Assembly (NCBI GenBank): GCA_041694885.1
Contig: JBGFRX010000012.1
Coordinates: 1-27,634, forward strand
Source of the DNA: Candidatus Micrarchaeota archaeon
GTDB taxonomy: Archaea > Micrarchaeota > Micrarchaeia > Anstonellales > Bilamarchaeaceae
Reading direction: 5' to 3'
Length of the DNA: 27,634 nucleotides
Part shown: positions 1 through 7,120 of the stretch, in pieces
Numbering within the stretch: position 1 is the first letter of the stretch
Layout: each line of letters opens with the position of its first letter
Notes under the pieces: generated by a model
Seen by the model: only the letters and a program-made list of their open reading frames with translations
Database searches by the model: none
What the model was told of the DNA's origin: nothing
Program-made: the position numbers and the translations under genes

Positions 1-252
1 TTAACGAACGATGTTTCTAAAACATTGAACGAACTTGCCACCAACATTGTGGTGCAGCCTATGCAGGTGGAAGACAGTATAAGGGGCGGTGTAGAACAAT
101 TCCGAGTAGCGCAGGAAGGAGCTGAAAAACAACTCGAAACTGAGGAAGGCAGCGGGGCGGAGAAAGAAAAGAAAGAATCTGGCAAGGAGGGCGCAAAGGA
201 AACCGAAGAAGAAGAAAAGAGGAAAAAACAGGACGAAGAGGCGCGCAACTAA
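1..252 (+). CDS. 3' end of a gene entering the window; hypothetical protein with a Glu/Lys-rich acidic C-terminal tail
   Basis: Frame +1 is open from base 1 to TAA at 250-252. Purine-rich codon pattern (EEEEKRKKQDEEARN) is typical of real C-terminal tails. Confidence 0.6.
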   Translation, partial: LTNDVSKTLNELATNIVVQPMQVEDSIRGGVEQFRVAQEGAEKQLETEEGSGAEKEKKESGKEGAKETEEEEKRKKQDEEARN

Positions 253-399
253 ACTGAAAAGAAAAGCAATGGGTGAGGGCACGATGGGCGGGTTGCTCTA
301 TTCTGCCGAGGGGCTCTATTCCATTTCGAAATGCGAGGACGCGGCGAGGATATGCGAATCCCTTCCTGGGAAGATTCCGAAAAGTGAATAAAATGGAAA

Positions 400-512
400 A
401 TTGCCCGATTTCCTCAACGAAGAAATCGAGCCCGTGCTTCATGTGCCTTCCAACTGGTTCATCGCGCATGCGGCCGATTCTTTTCACGATTCGTTCCTTT
501 ATTGATTTGTCC
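400..512 (-). pseudogene. Internal fragment of the RelE-like toxin gene (exact copy of 3161-3273)
   Basis: 113 bp identical to 3161-3273; has no start or stop of its own. Confidence 0.9.
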
Positions 513-518
513 TAAAAC

Positions 519-789
519 TCTTCAGCAGCTCGTCCACGCGCACGCTCTGCACTGTGCATTTTCCCACGGAAGTTTCTCCGCTTTTCCCGGAATAAGAGAC
601 CACGAATGCCCTTTTCGGCGAATGCGCTTCCATGAACGCGCGCAGGCCGCTCGGGATTTTGCCTGCATCCTTTCCATAATGCACTTCGTCCAAGGCCGCG
701 AGCGCCTTGCCCCTGATGTATTGAATTCCGGATTTTTTCACATCCTCGTCGAAAAGGGCGCGTGCATCAGGATCGTCGAGCGAAACATA
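519..789 (-). pseudogene. Internally deleted remnant of the AAA+ ATPase gene at 5731-6906
   Basis: 519-669 matches 5739-5889 (3 mismatches) and 660-786 matches 6639-6765 (4 mismatches). The two parts are fused at the shared 10-mer TGCCTGCATC. Confidence 0.9.
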
Positions 790-792
790 TGG

Positions 793-2061
793 CTATTTTT
801 CAAGCAGCCAGCGCCAGAGCGGAATGTAAGCTATTCCATCTTTTCTCTCTTCCAGGTCCATTGTCAATATTATGAGTTCTTTTGCGCCGAACCGCTTCCT
901 GAATTCATGCAAGCCCTCGCTTTCGCGCTGGTCGATATCGTTGCTATAGCTCACGTTTATTGCGGTTAATTTTCCGTCTTTTTGTTTGAGCACGAAATCG
1001 ACTTCCTTTGCACCCTTCCAGTAACAGACATCCTGGCTGCGTCGCTTTAGCTCCAAAAAAACCAGGTTTTCCGCAAGTCGTCCGTCATCTTTTGAGAACC
1101 TGAGTGCAACTGCATTCCTCAGTCCATTATCTACGCAATAGGCCTTGCTTGGGTTTGCCTGTTGTGTTTTTAGGGAGTAGCTGAACATCTGCGTCAAGTG
1201 GACTATGTTTGCGTCAACGAGGTAAGACAGGTAGTCCAGCACCGTCTCCTTGCTCACCTTCATCCCGTTTTTTATCGCATTATAATATGCGTTTATGCTG
1301 AAAGGAGACGCTACGTTTGTTATCAGGAACTTGCTCAGCATCTTCAAAAAAGGCATGTTCCTTACTGAAAACCGTTCGATTATATCGCGATAAATCATGA
1401 CTTCATAATACTCGGATAAGATTTCGTTTTTCAGTTGCCCGGCAAGCGCGATCTCCGGAAAGCCTCCATAATCAAGATACTCTCCAAATAGTTTTTTTAT
1501 TACGAATCTTGCGTTGGAATAGGCAAAGTCCTTTTCAAGCTTCAACCCCTTGAATCTGAGGAATTCGCTGAAGCTCAGGGGAAAAACGTGGAAGGCGAGA
1601 GTTCTCCCCCGCAGGCTCGTTGCTATCTCCCTGCTAAGGAGCTTTGAGCTTGAGCCGGTCAAATACACTTTCACCTTCTCTTTTTCCGAGACACGCCTCA
1701 CAAATCTCTCCCACCCTTCTACGTTCTGGACTTCATCAAAAAACAGGTATTTCCGTATGGTCTTATTGCCTGGGTAAAGCTCATAGTATGCTTCGAGCAG
1801 GTCATCCAGCTCATCGAGAGCCAGCGGATAAAGCCGGTCGTCATCAAAATCCACATAAAGCATCCTGTCTTTCGGCACGCCTTTTTCCATCAACTCATTC
1901 ATAAGCTGATAAAAATAGAACGTCTTGCCTGACCTGCGAGAGCCAACAAGGGTGATTATCTTATTCGTTTCCGGAATTAAGAGTTCCCTTGAAATTACCC
2001 CGGGCAGCTTGCTTTCGTGAAACTCCTTTATGAGGTACTTGAAAATTTCCGTCTTTTTCAT
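793..2061 (-). CDS. AAA+ superfamily ATPase (AAA_14 + DUF4143, COG1373-like)
   Basis: Walker A GSRRSGKT, Walker B FFDEVQ, LTGSSS, LRGR, YGGFPE, DNGL and C-terminal EVDFV motifs; 422 aa. Confidence 0.92.
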   Translation of the reverse strand: MKKTEIFKYLIKEFHESKLPGVISRELLIPETNKIITLVGSRRSGKTFYFYQLMNELMEKGVPKDRMLYVDFDDDRLYPLALDELDDLLEAYYELYPGNKTIRKYLFFDEVQNVEGWERFVRRVSEKEKVKVYLTGSSSKLLSREIATSLRGRTLAFHVFPLSFSEFLRFKGLKLEKDFAYSNARFVIKKLFGEYLDYGGFPEIALAGQLKNEILSEYYEVMIYRDIIERFSVRNMPFLKMLSKFLITNVASPFSINAYYNAIKNGMKVSKETVLDYLSYLVDANIVHLTQMFSYSLKTQQANPSKAYCVDNGLRNAVALRFSKDDGRLAENLVFLELKRRSQDVCYWKGAKEVDFVLKQKDGKLTAINVSYSNDIDQRESEGLHEFRKRFGAKELIILTMDLEERKDGIAYIPLWRWLLEK

Positions 2062-2084
2062 GGTCTTGTATATAGGACTACTAA

Positions 2085-2111
2085 TTTAAAAATGTATTCT
2101 TTCATGAAAGA
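2085..2111 (-). promoter_or_regulatory. TATA box (2085-2092) and perfect 14-bp palindrome TCTTTCATGAAAGA (2098-2111) upstream of the ATPase gene
   Basis: The A/T octamer lies 24-31 nt upstream of the ATG at 2061 (leaderless geometry); the palindrome is read directly from the sequence. Confidence 0.55.
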
Positions 2112-2331
2112 CCAGTCAAAACGCAGAACCCGAAAACCATCTGTAATGCCCTTCCTCCCTTTCGGGCATCACGACTTCGTTTCTTCGAACGAAAAAAATT
2201 CTGAAACCATCGGTAGATTTTTAAGCGGTTAATTTCATATTAAGGTCAAGTTCTCGTCTATTATATTGGAAGGCAGGAAGACGCGTATGATTAGGGCCCT
2301 TGGCTTCATAAATAGGAGGCGTGAACAAGGC

Positions 2332-3015
2332 ATGGAAAAGATAAAGCTCGAGATCGCAGGCGAAATCTCCCTTTCCGAAGACGTGGGAGCGACTATGAAG
2401 AAATGGAGGGAAATATTCAACATCTCCCAGGTCGAGCTCGCGCGCTATCTCGGCATAAGCGTTTCCACGGTGAGCGATTACGAGGCGAACAGGAGGAAAA
2501 GCCCTGGCACTGGCGTGATAAAGCGGCTCGTGAACTCGCTTTTCGGGATAGACCGGCAAAGGGGCGGCCCGGTAAGCCAGAAGCTCCTCGAGGGCGAGAA
2601 GAACGTCGAGGACTATTTCGAGGTGCATGAATTCGCGAGGGGGATGAGCATAAAGGACTTCGCAGCGCTCATTGAGGGAAAGGTGCTCACCAACCAGGAC
2701 CTCATGGATACCGGCCAGATTTACGGGTACACGCTCATTGATTCGCTCAAGGTCATACTGGAAATGCCGTTCTCGTACTTTCCGCGCATGTACGGCCACG
2801 TTTCGGAAAGGGCTTTCATTTTCACTGGGGTGAGCACCGGAAGGAGTCCCATGGTCGTAATAAGGGTTTCGCCTTCGAAGCCGAGCGTGGTGGTGCTGCA
2901 CGGAATAGACGACGTGGACAAGCTCGCGCTCAAAATCTCGGAAAGGGAAAGGATTCCTCTCATCGTTACCAAAATGGACATCGGGAAGATAAAGGAGAAG
3001 CTGGACAGGATCTGA
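2332..3015 (+). CDS. Archaeal XRE-type HTH transcriptional regulator with a DRTGG-like C-terminal domain (COG1709-like)
   Basis: IAGEI..S, MKKWREIFNISQVELARYLGISVSTVSDYE HTH, IYGYT.IDS and RAFIFTGVSTGRSPMV motifs. Start placed at ATG 2332, after GGAGGCGTGA. Confidence 0.85.
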   Translation: MEKIKLEIAGEISLSEDVGATMKKWREIFNISQVELARYLGISVSTVSDYEANRRKSPGTGVIKRLVNSLFGIDRQRGGPVSQKLLEGEKNVEDYFEVHEFARGMSIKDFAALIEGKVLTNQDLMDTGQIYGYTLIDSLKVILEMPFSYFPRMYGHVSERAFIFTGVSTGRSPMVVIRVSPSKPSVVVLHGIDDVDKLALKISERERIPLIVTKMDIGKIKEKLDRI

Positions 3016-3068
3016 ATGGCGCGCGAGGATGAATGCGGGCAAGTTTAAATTTTTGTTTATAAGAAACT

Positions 3069-3326
3069 TTATTTCTCTGAATACCATTTTTCGTATTCTT
3101 TATGGGTTCCAACAAAGCAAATCAGCTTTTCCTGGCTTTCACAAACGTAAACAATCCTGCATTGCCCGATTTCCTCAACGAAGAAATCGAGCCCGTGCTT
3201 CATGTGCCTTCCAACTGGTTCATCGCGCATGCGGCCGATTCTTTTCACGATTCGTTCCTTTATTGATTTGTCCAACTGCTTCAGCATAGCAATTGCATCC
3301 GCGTGCATAGAAACCTTGAAGCTCAT
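3069..3326 (-). CDS. RelE/ParE-family type II toxin
   Basis: 85 aa; LKQLDKSIKERI, G.CRIVY and FVGTHKEY pattern. Overlaps the stop of the upstream small gene by 4 bp. Confidence 0.8.
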   Translation of the reverse strand: MSFKVSMHADAIAMLKQLDKSIKERIVKRIGRMRDEPVGRHMKHGLDFFVEEIGQCRIVYVCESQEKLICFVGTHKEYEKWYSEK

Positions 3327-3589
3327 AATTCGATGTCTTCCCGCCTGGCAAAATCTTCAATGGAAACAGCTTTTTTCTTCCCGGATTTAATCTCGGATTT
3401 CATGAAGGCGACTTTCCGTTTTACCATGCCCTCTTCAATGAAATCGTGCATATTCTTTAGGCCAAAATGCTCGTTATAATGGAGCACCGTTAGCCGTATC
3501 GCCTCGGTCTTGTTCGCAGCTATTTTCTTCTCTACCATGAGTTTGAGTATCTCTTCCGGAAAACCTTCAAGCTTAAGATTCATCATCAT
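3323..3589 (-). CDS. Cognate antitoxin (ribbon-helix-helix-like N-terminus)
   Basis: 88 aa; MNLKL...LKLMVEKKIAANKTEAIR is RHH-like. GGTGA SD site; translationally coupled to the toxin. Confidence 0.72.
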   Translation of the reverse strand: MMMNLKLEGFPEEILKLMVEKKIAANKTEAIRLTVLHYNEHFGLKNMHDFIEEGMVKRKVAFMKSEIKSGKKKAVSIEDFARREDIEL

Positions 3590-3702
3590 TTTATCACCAT
3601 TATATGTATATATTGTGTGTATTTAATAATGTTTCTTAATTTGTCCTAAAACTATTCCCTAATAGCTCCTTATTGAAATTCGTATTTTCCCTATGATGTG
3701 AG

Positions 3703-3773
3703 GCACCATGGGCCAATCCTGCGGACTTCGTCCGCAATCCCTTCAGCAAAGCTGAAGGAGCCCGTGGCTTCCG
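3703..3773. repeat. Structured 71-bp direct repeat, copy 1
   Basis: Identical to 5599-5669; contains hairpins TGCGGAC-TTC-GTCCGCA and CCTTCAGC-AAA-GCTGAAGG. Confidence 0.95.
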
Positions 3774-3824
3774 ATATTGATGGCTTTAGGCAAAAGCCAC
3801 ATCCAAGATAGCGTAGGGTGCGCT

Positions 3825-3862
3825 GTACGAGTTCAAGATTTCCCTATCTCACTAATTTCGCG
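3825..3862. repeat. 38-bp dispersed intergenic motif, copy 1
   Basis: GTACGAGTTCAAGATTTCCCTATCTCACTAATTTCGCG; 31/38 ungapped identity to 21910-21947. Confidence 0.75.
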
Positions 3863-3900
3863 GTTCAAGACGTTCCTCAGCATGTGCCTAAAGACGTTCT

Positions 3901-3928
3901 GAACCGGAAACGGGAAACCCGGAACCGG
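3901..3928 (+). repeat. Degenerate heptamer tandem repeat (GAACCGG AAACGGG AAACCCG GAACCGG)
   Basis: Visible 7-nt periodicity over four units. Confidence 0.6.
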
Positions 3929-3949
3929 CAATCGTGTCATTCCAATATT

Positions 3950-4750
3950 TCATTCTTTGATTTCTTTTAAGAAACTGGCGACTTGGGTATAAGCCTGTAA
4001 CGGCTTAACAGCGCCATCTGTAAAAGCTTCAATCTGATACAACCCCATTGAATTTTCATCTTGGAATCTTTTTTTTATTACAGCTAAGGAATGTTTCATC
4101 AATTTTAATTTATCTGGCGTTAATAGCTTGCTTTTTATTTTGCTATTGAAATAGGCAGCGGCATTTTTTGGAGAATTATTGAAAAAGGTCAGCGAATAAA
4201 TATCGTAATAATCTTTTTGCTTAGCCCTGCCATCAATTGCCTGACCTTTTAGTATTAACGAGGCTATCAGATCAGCTACTTTGATTGTTGTCTCAGCATT
4301 TCCGTTTTTTGGAAGGACGGTATTAACTTCCTGTTCAAAATTAAAATCAAAGGCAATATTGGACCCTTCAAATGCAAAAGCTTGAAGATCATCCTGTATG
4401 TCCCGAATATGTGCATAACGAAGACCTTCTTTATCGCATAAGAAATCCAAATGAATCGCATAATCCAGATTATCCACTGGTGACGTTACTTTTTTTGAAA
4501 ACTTGAATTCATTTTCTTTCTGATATCCCAAGGTCAAAACACTTTTGCATATTGTTTCATATTTTCTCATAATTTTTGTTTTTAATACAAAATCAATATC
4601 TATTGAGCCACAATGCGGAAAAAACTTATTTGAAATAAAATAAGGTGCCCACCCTCCAGCAAGTATCATGTCATCCTTGTATTGCCTCAATGCTATTCCA
4701 AGCTCTAGTAAGGCGGATTTTGAGGCTTCTGTTTCATTGTTATTATACAT
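3950..4750 (-). CDS. Nucleotidyltransferase toxin of a type IV TA system (AbiEii/MenT-like)
   Basis: LAGGWA....GSIDIDF (GG-x-DxD DNA pol beta superfamily motif), conserved K and KDYYDI motif. Lies 3 nt downstream of the AbiEi-like gene; AT-rich. Confidence 0.82.
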   Translation of the reverse strand: MYNNNETEASKSALLELGIALRQYKDDMILAGGWAPYFISNKFFPHCGSIDIDFVLKTKIMRKYETICKSVLTLGYQKENEFKFSKKVTSPVDNLDYAIHLDFLCDKEGLRYAHIRDIQDDLQAFAFEGSNIAFDFNFEQEVNTVLPKNGNAETTIKVADLIASLILKGQAIDGRAKQKDYYDIYSLTFFNNSPKNAAAYFNSKIKSKLLTPDKLKLMKHSLAVIKKRFQDENSMGLYQIEAFTDGAVKPLQAYTQVASFLKEIKE

Positions 4751-4753
4751 AGT

Positions 4754-5416
4754 TTACCCCTTCTTTATCCAATCTTTCTCGATTTTTTTGTATAGGGCTT
4801 CGGCAGCTTCTTCCCCTCTCGCAGGGTAATTGAGAAGGTCTACATAAAGTTGCACATTTGAAACAACATTGATGCCATTGATATTTTGACTTCCATAAAA
4901 AATATGATCATCATCCGGGATTGCAAAAATTATATTTCCGGTTTCTTCAATAGGTGCTAAATCAAGCAGTTTCGCCCATTGTTTGGCATCTTTTTCAGAT
5001 TGAACATATATATGGATATTGGTTGGGCGTACATATGGTGCTACCTGCAAAGCTCCAACCAATGTAGTTAATGCATACGAAGGACCACTTTTGGTTTTTA
5101 CTTGCTCCAAAAATTTTCCCATATCATGTTCATATGAATAATAGTGAACAAATCTGTGCCGATTATTATATTGATTATATGCACCCCAGCGTTTTAGCAA
5201 CACCCATGGATTTATGATTTTAAATTCACCTCGATGGGATTCTCTTATTGCATATTTTCCTTTCAGCAATGTATGGGCCACTGTATGCGCTGTGCCTAAT
5301 GAAACACCTGATTCTTTTGCAAGGCTGCGAAGATCCCATGTTTTAGGCCATTTCACCAGCAATACTCTAATAATCCTTGAAGCACTCATCTCGAACAGAT
5401 TTTTTATTTCTACCAT
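4754..5416 (-). CDS. AbiEi-family (AbiEi_2-like) antitoxin / wHTH transcriptional regulator
   Basis: N-terminal wHTH LRSLAKESGVSLGTAH, LLKRW, YALT..GA, and the C-terminal signature QLYVDLL...RGEEAAEAL. Confidence 0.85.
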   Translation of the reverse strand: MVEIKNLFEMSASRIIRVLLVKWPKTWDLRSLAKESGVSLGTAHTVAHTLLKGKYAIRESHRGEFKIINPWVLLKRWGAYNQYNNRHRFVHYYSYEHDMGKFLEQVKTKSGPSYALTTLVGALQVAPYVRPTNIHIYVQSEKDAKQWAKLLDLAPIEETGNIIFAIPDDDHIFYGSQNINGINVVSNVQLYVDLLNYPARGEEAAEALYKKIEKDWIKKG

Positions 5417-5423
5417 GATTTTA

Positions 5424-5523
5424 TTATGTTCAGGTAGCTTTATAAATGTTCAAGAAACCTGAACATAGTTTTTCCCGTCTTTATGTTCAGTTTTATTTAT
5501 AAATGTTCAGAAAAGCTGAACAT
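5424..5523 (-). promoter_or_regulatory. Tandem duplicated 43-bp operator/promoter units (5424-5466, 5481-5523) of the type IV TA operon
   Basis: Each unit contains ATGTTCAG, TTTATAAA and the inverted repeat ATGTTCA-N7-TGAACAT. The proximal TTTATAAA (5439-5446) is 23-30 nt upstream of ATG 5416. Confidence 0.8.
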
Positions 5524-5594
5524 GAATATAAACAACTGTCTATAATGTTAAATTTGTACATAGTTTAGCTCAAATTCTCCATCAATCCCATCTG

Positions 5595-5687
5595 TGAAGC
5601 ACCATGGGCCAATCCTGCGGACTTCGTCCGCAATCCCTTCAGCAAAGCTGAAGGAGCCCGTGGCTTCCGCGCACCCGTGGTGCTTCA
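5595..5687. repeat. Structured direct repeat, copy 2 (core 5599-5669), closed by a 14-bp outer inverted repeat
   Basis: Core is identical to 3703-3773. TGAAGCACCATGGG (5595-5608) pairs with CCCGTGGTGCTTCA (5674-5687) with one T-G pair. Confidence 0.95.
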
Positions 5688-5730
5688 GTGAGCTCCGGGC
5701 TTGCACCTGGAGAAGCTTGCAACAAATGCC

Positions 5731-6906
5731 TCAAAGATTCTTCAGCAGCTCGTCCACGCGCACGCTCTGCACTGTGCATTTTCCCACGGAAGTTTCTCCG
5801 CTTTTCCCGGAATAAGAGACCACGAATGCCCTTTTCGGCGAATACGCTTCTATGAACGAGCGCAGGCCGCTCGGGATTTTGCCTGCATCTGACCTGAGCT
5901 TTACTTCGAGCGGCACTATTTCGCTGTCAAAAGCGAGCACGAAGTCCACTTCTGCGCCGCCTTTGGTGCGCCAGTATTTCATGCTGAAGCCCTTTTTCAG
6001 CAGCTCCGTGAAAACGTAGCTCTCGAAAAGCTTCCCCTCGTTTTCCATGTTCTGCGGAAACTCGCCGCTTATCGCGTTCCGCATTCCGTTGTCCACGAAA
6101 TAAAGCCTGGGTTGCTTGACCGCTTCTTTCGCCTTGCTGGAATAGAACGGCGGAACGCGCACTATCAGGTAGCTTTTTTCCAATGCGTCCATGTACTTTT
6201 TCAGCGTCTGGAATGACATGCCGAGCGCCGAGGAAATGGCATCGTACGAAACCATGCCGCCCATATTGAAGGAAAGATGACGCACGAGCTTCTCAAGGCC
6301 CGCCATGTCGTTTATGGAAAACGTCTGGGCAACGTCCTTGTAAACGAGCGTGGTGTATATGTCCCTGAGAATGGTCTTTTTCATCTCCACATCAGGAGTG
6401 AGCACCACTTTCGGATAGGCGCCGAAAATCGCGTGCTCCCAGATCATGCGGCGCAGCGTTTCCTCGCTGTATTGCTTCTGACTCTGGGAAGAAAGGAACT
6501 CGGGCAGGGAAAAGCCATAGAGACGCAGCACGGTCGCCCTTCCCACGAGATGGGAGAGCACGTCCTTGCCAAGAAGCGTTTCTGAAGACGACGTGATGAT
6601 GAGTTTGTGCCCTTTATCGGACAGGTATTTGAGCTTTATGCCTGCATCCTTTCCATAATGCACTTCGTCCAAGGCCGCGAGCGCCTTGCCCCTAATGTAT
6701 TGAATTTCGAATTTTTTCACATCCTCGTCGAAAAGGGCGCGTGCATCCGGATCGTCGAGCGAAACGTAGGATGCGTTTACAGATGGTGCGAGCTTTGCTT
6801 TCACGAGCGTCGTCTTGCCCGCCTGCCTTGGACCCACCAGCGCAACGAGATTATAGGCGGCAAGGCGCTTCCCGAACTCGGTAATCAGCAATCGTTCAAC
6901 GTACAT
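5731..6906 (-). CDS. AAA+ superfamily ATPase (AAA_14 + DUF4143, COG1373-like)
   Basis: GPRQAGKTT, LDEVH, LVGR, GAYP, YFVDNG and EVDFV....LEVK (PD-(D/E)xK-like C-terminus). TATA-like box at 6929-6936. Confidence 0.92.
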   Translation of the reverse strand: MYVERLLITEFGKRLAAYNLVALVGPRQAGKTTLVKAKLAPSVNASYVSLDDPDARALFDEDVKKFEIQYIRGKALAALDEVHYGKDAGIKLKYLSDKGHKLIITSSSETLLGKDVLSHLVGRATVLRLYGFSLPEFLSSQSQKQYSEETLRRMIWEHAIFGAYPKVVLTPDVEMKKTILRDIYTTLVYKDVAQTFSINDMAGLEKLVRHLSFNMGGMVSYDAISSALGMSFQTLKKYMDALEKSYLIVRVPPFYSSKAKEAVKQPRLYFVDNGMRNAISGEFPQNMENEGKLFESYVFTELLKKGFSMKYWRTKGGAEVDFVLAFDSEIVPLEVKLRSDAGKIPSGLRSFIEAYSPKRAFVVSYSGKSGETSVGKCTVQSVRVDELLKNL

Positions 6907-6995
6907 GGATAGGTATATTACTTATATATTTTTAAAGATTTACCTTACTTTTATTAAAGTATACATTACTATTTTCCATATATAATGGGTAGCAG

Positions 6996-7013
6996 GGAAA
7001 AAAGCTTTAAATA
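6996..7013 (+). promoter_or_regulatory. BRE/TATA promoter of the thermosome gene
   Basis: Purine run GGAAAAAAG followed by TTTAAATA (7006-7013); SD GGTGA at 7111-7115. Confidence 0.55.
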
Positions 7014-7120
7014 TTTTTCTTTCCATTATCCGTTGCAACAAACCTAATCTTAGTGTCGGAACGATTTTCCGAAATCCGAAACAGCACGTGCTTACAAAAA
7101 CGGAATAAAAGGTGAAAATT

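Noticed and set aside
253..399. Short direct repeats (GCTCTATTC x2, GCGAGGA x2) and palindrome CATTTCGAAATG; ORFs 59-487, 273-515 and 502-969
   Set aside because: The repeats are too short to interpret, and the ORFs are by-products of the duplicated fragments. The region could hold further fragments from outside the window, but this cannot be shown here.
519..789. Diversity-generating retroelement template/variable repeat pair with the ATPase gene
   Set aside because: Mismatches are not confined to adenines on either strand, no reverse transcriptase is in the window, and the junctions are explained by microhomology deletion.
2221..3087. 288-aa minus-strand ORF and other long antisense or alternate-frame ORFs (e.g. 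7007-8038, 12188-12880, 22506-23534, 26185-26925)
   Set aside because: Shadow ORFs opposite well-supported genes; no motifs and atypical composition.
3693..3755. Box C/D sRNA (ATGATGT ... CTGA)
   Set aside because: Imperfect C box, no properly spaced D'/C' boxes, the would-be guides are locked in hairpins, and the C-like box is absent from the second repeat copy.
3812..3830. GTAG-type REP element (CGTAGGGTGCGCTGT)
   Set aside because: The complementary arm needed for the REP palindrome is missing, it is a single occurrence, and no RAYT gene is present.
3660..3945. tRNA, SRP RNA or RNase P RNA in the long structured intergenic region
   Set aside because: No cloverleaf with a T-loop GTTCRA in a proper stem, no SRP helix-8 motif and no RNase P GAGGAAAGTCC-type motif on either strand.
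3703..5669. CRISPR array or integron attC sites
   Set aside because: Only two 71-bp copies 1.9 kb apart, with no spacer periodicity and no cas genes. No RYYYAAC/GTTRRRY boxes or integron integrase.
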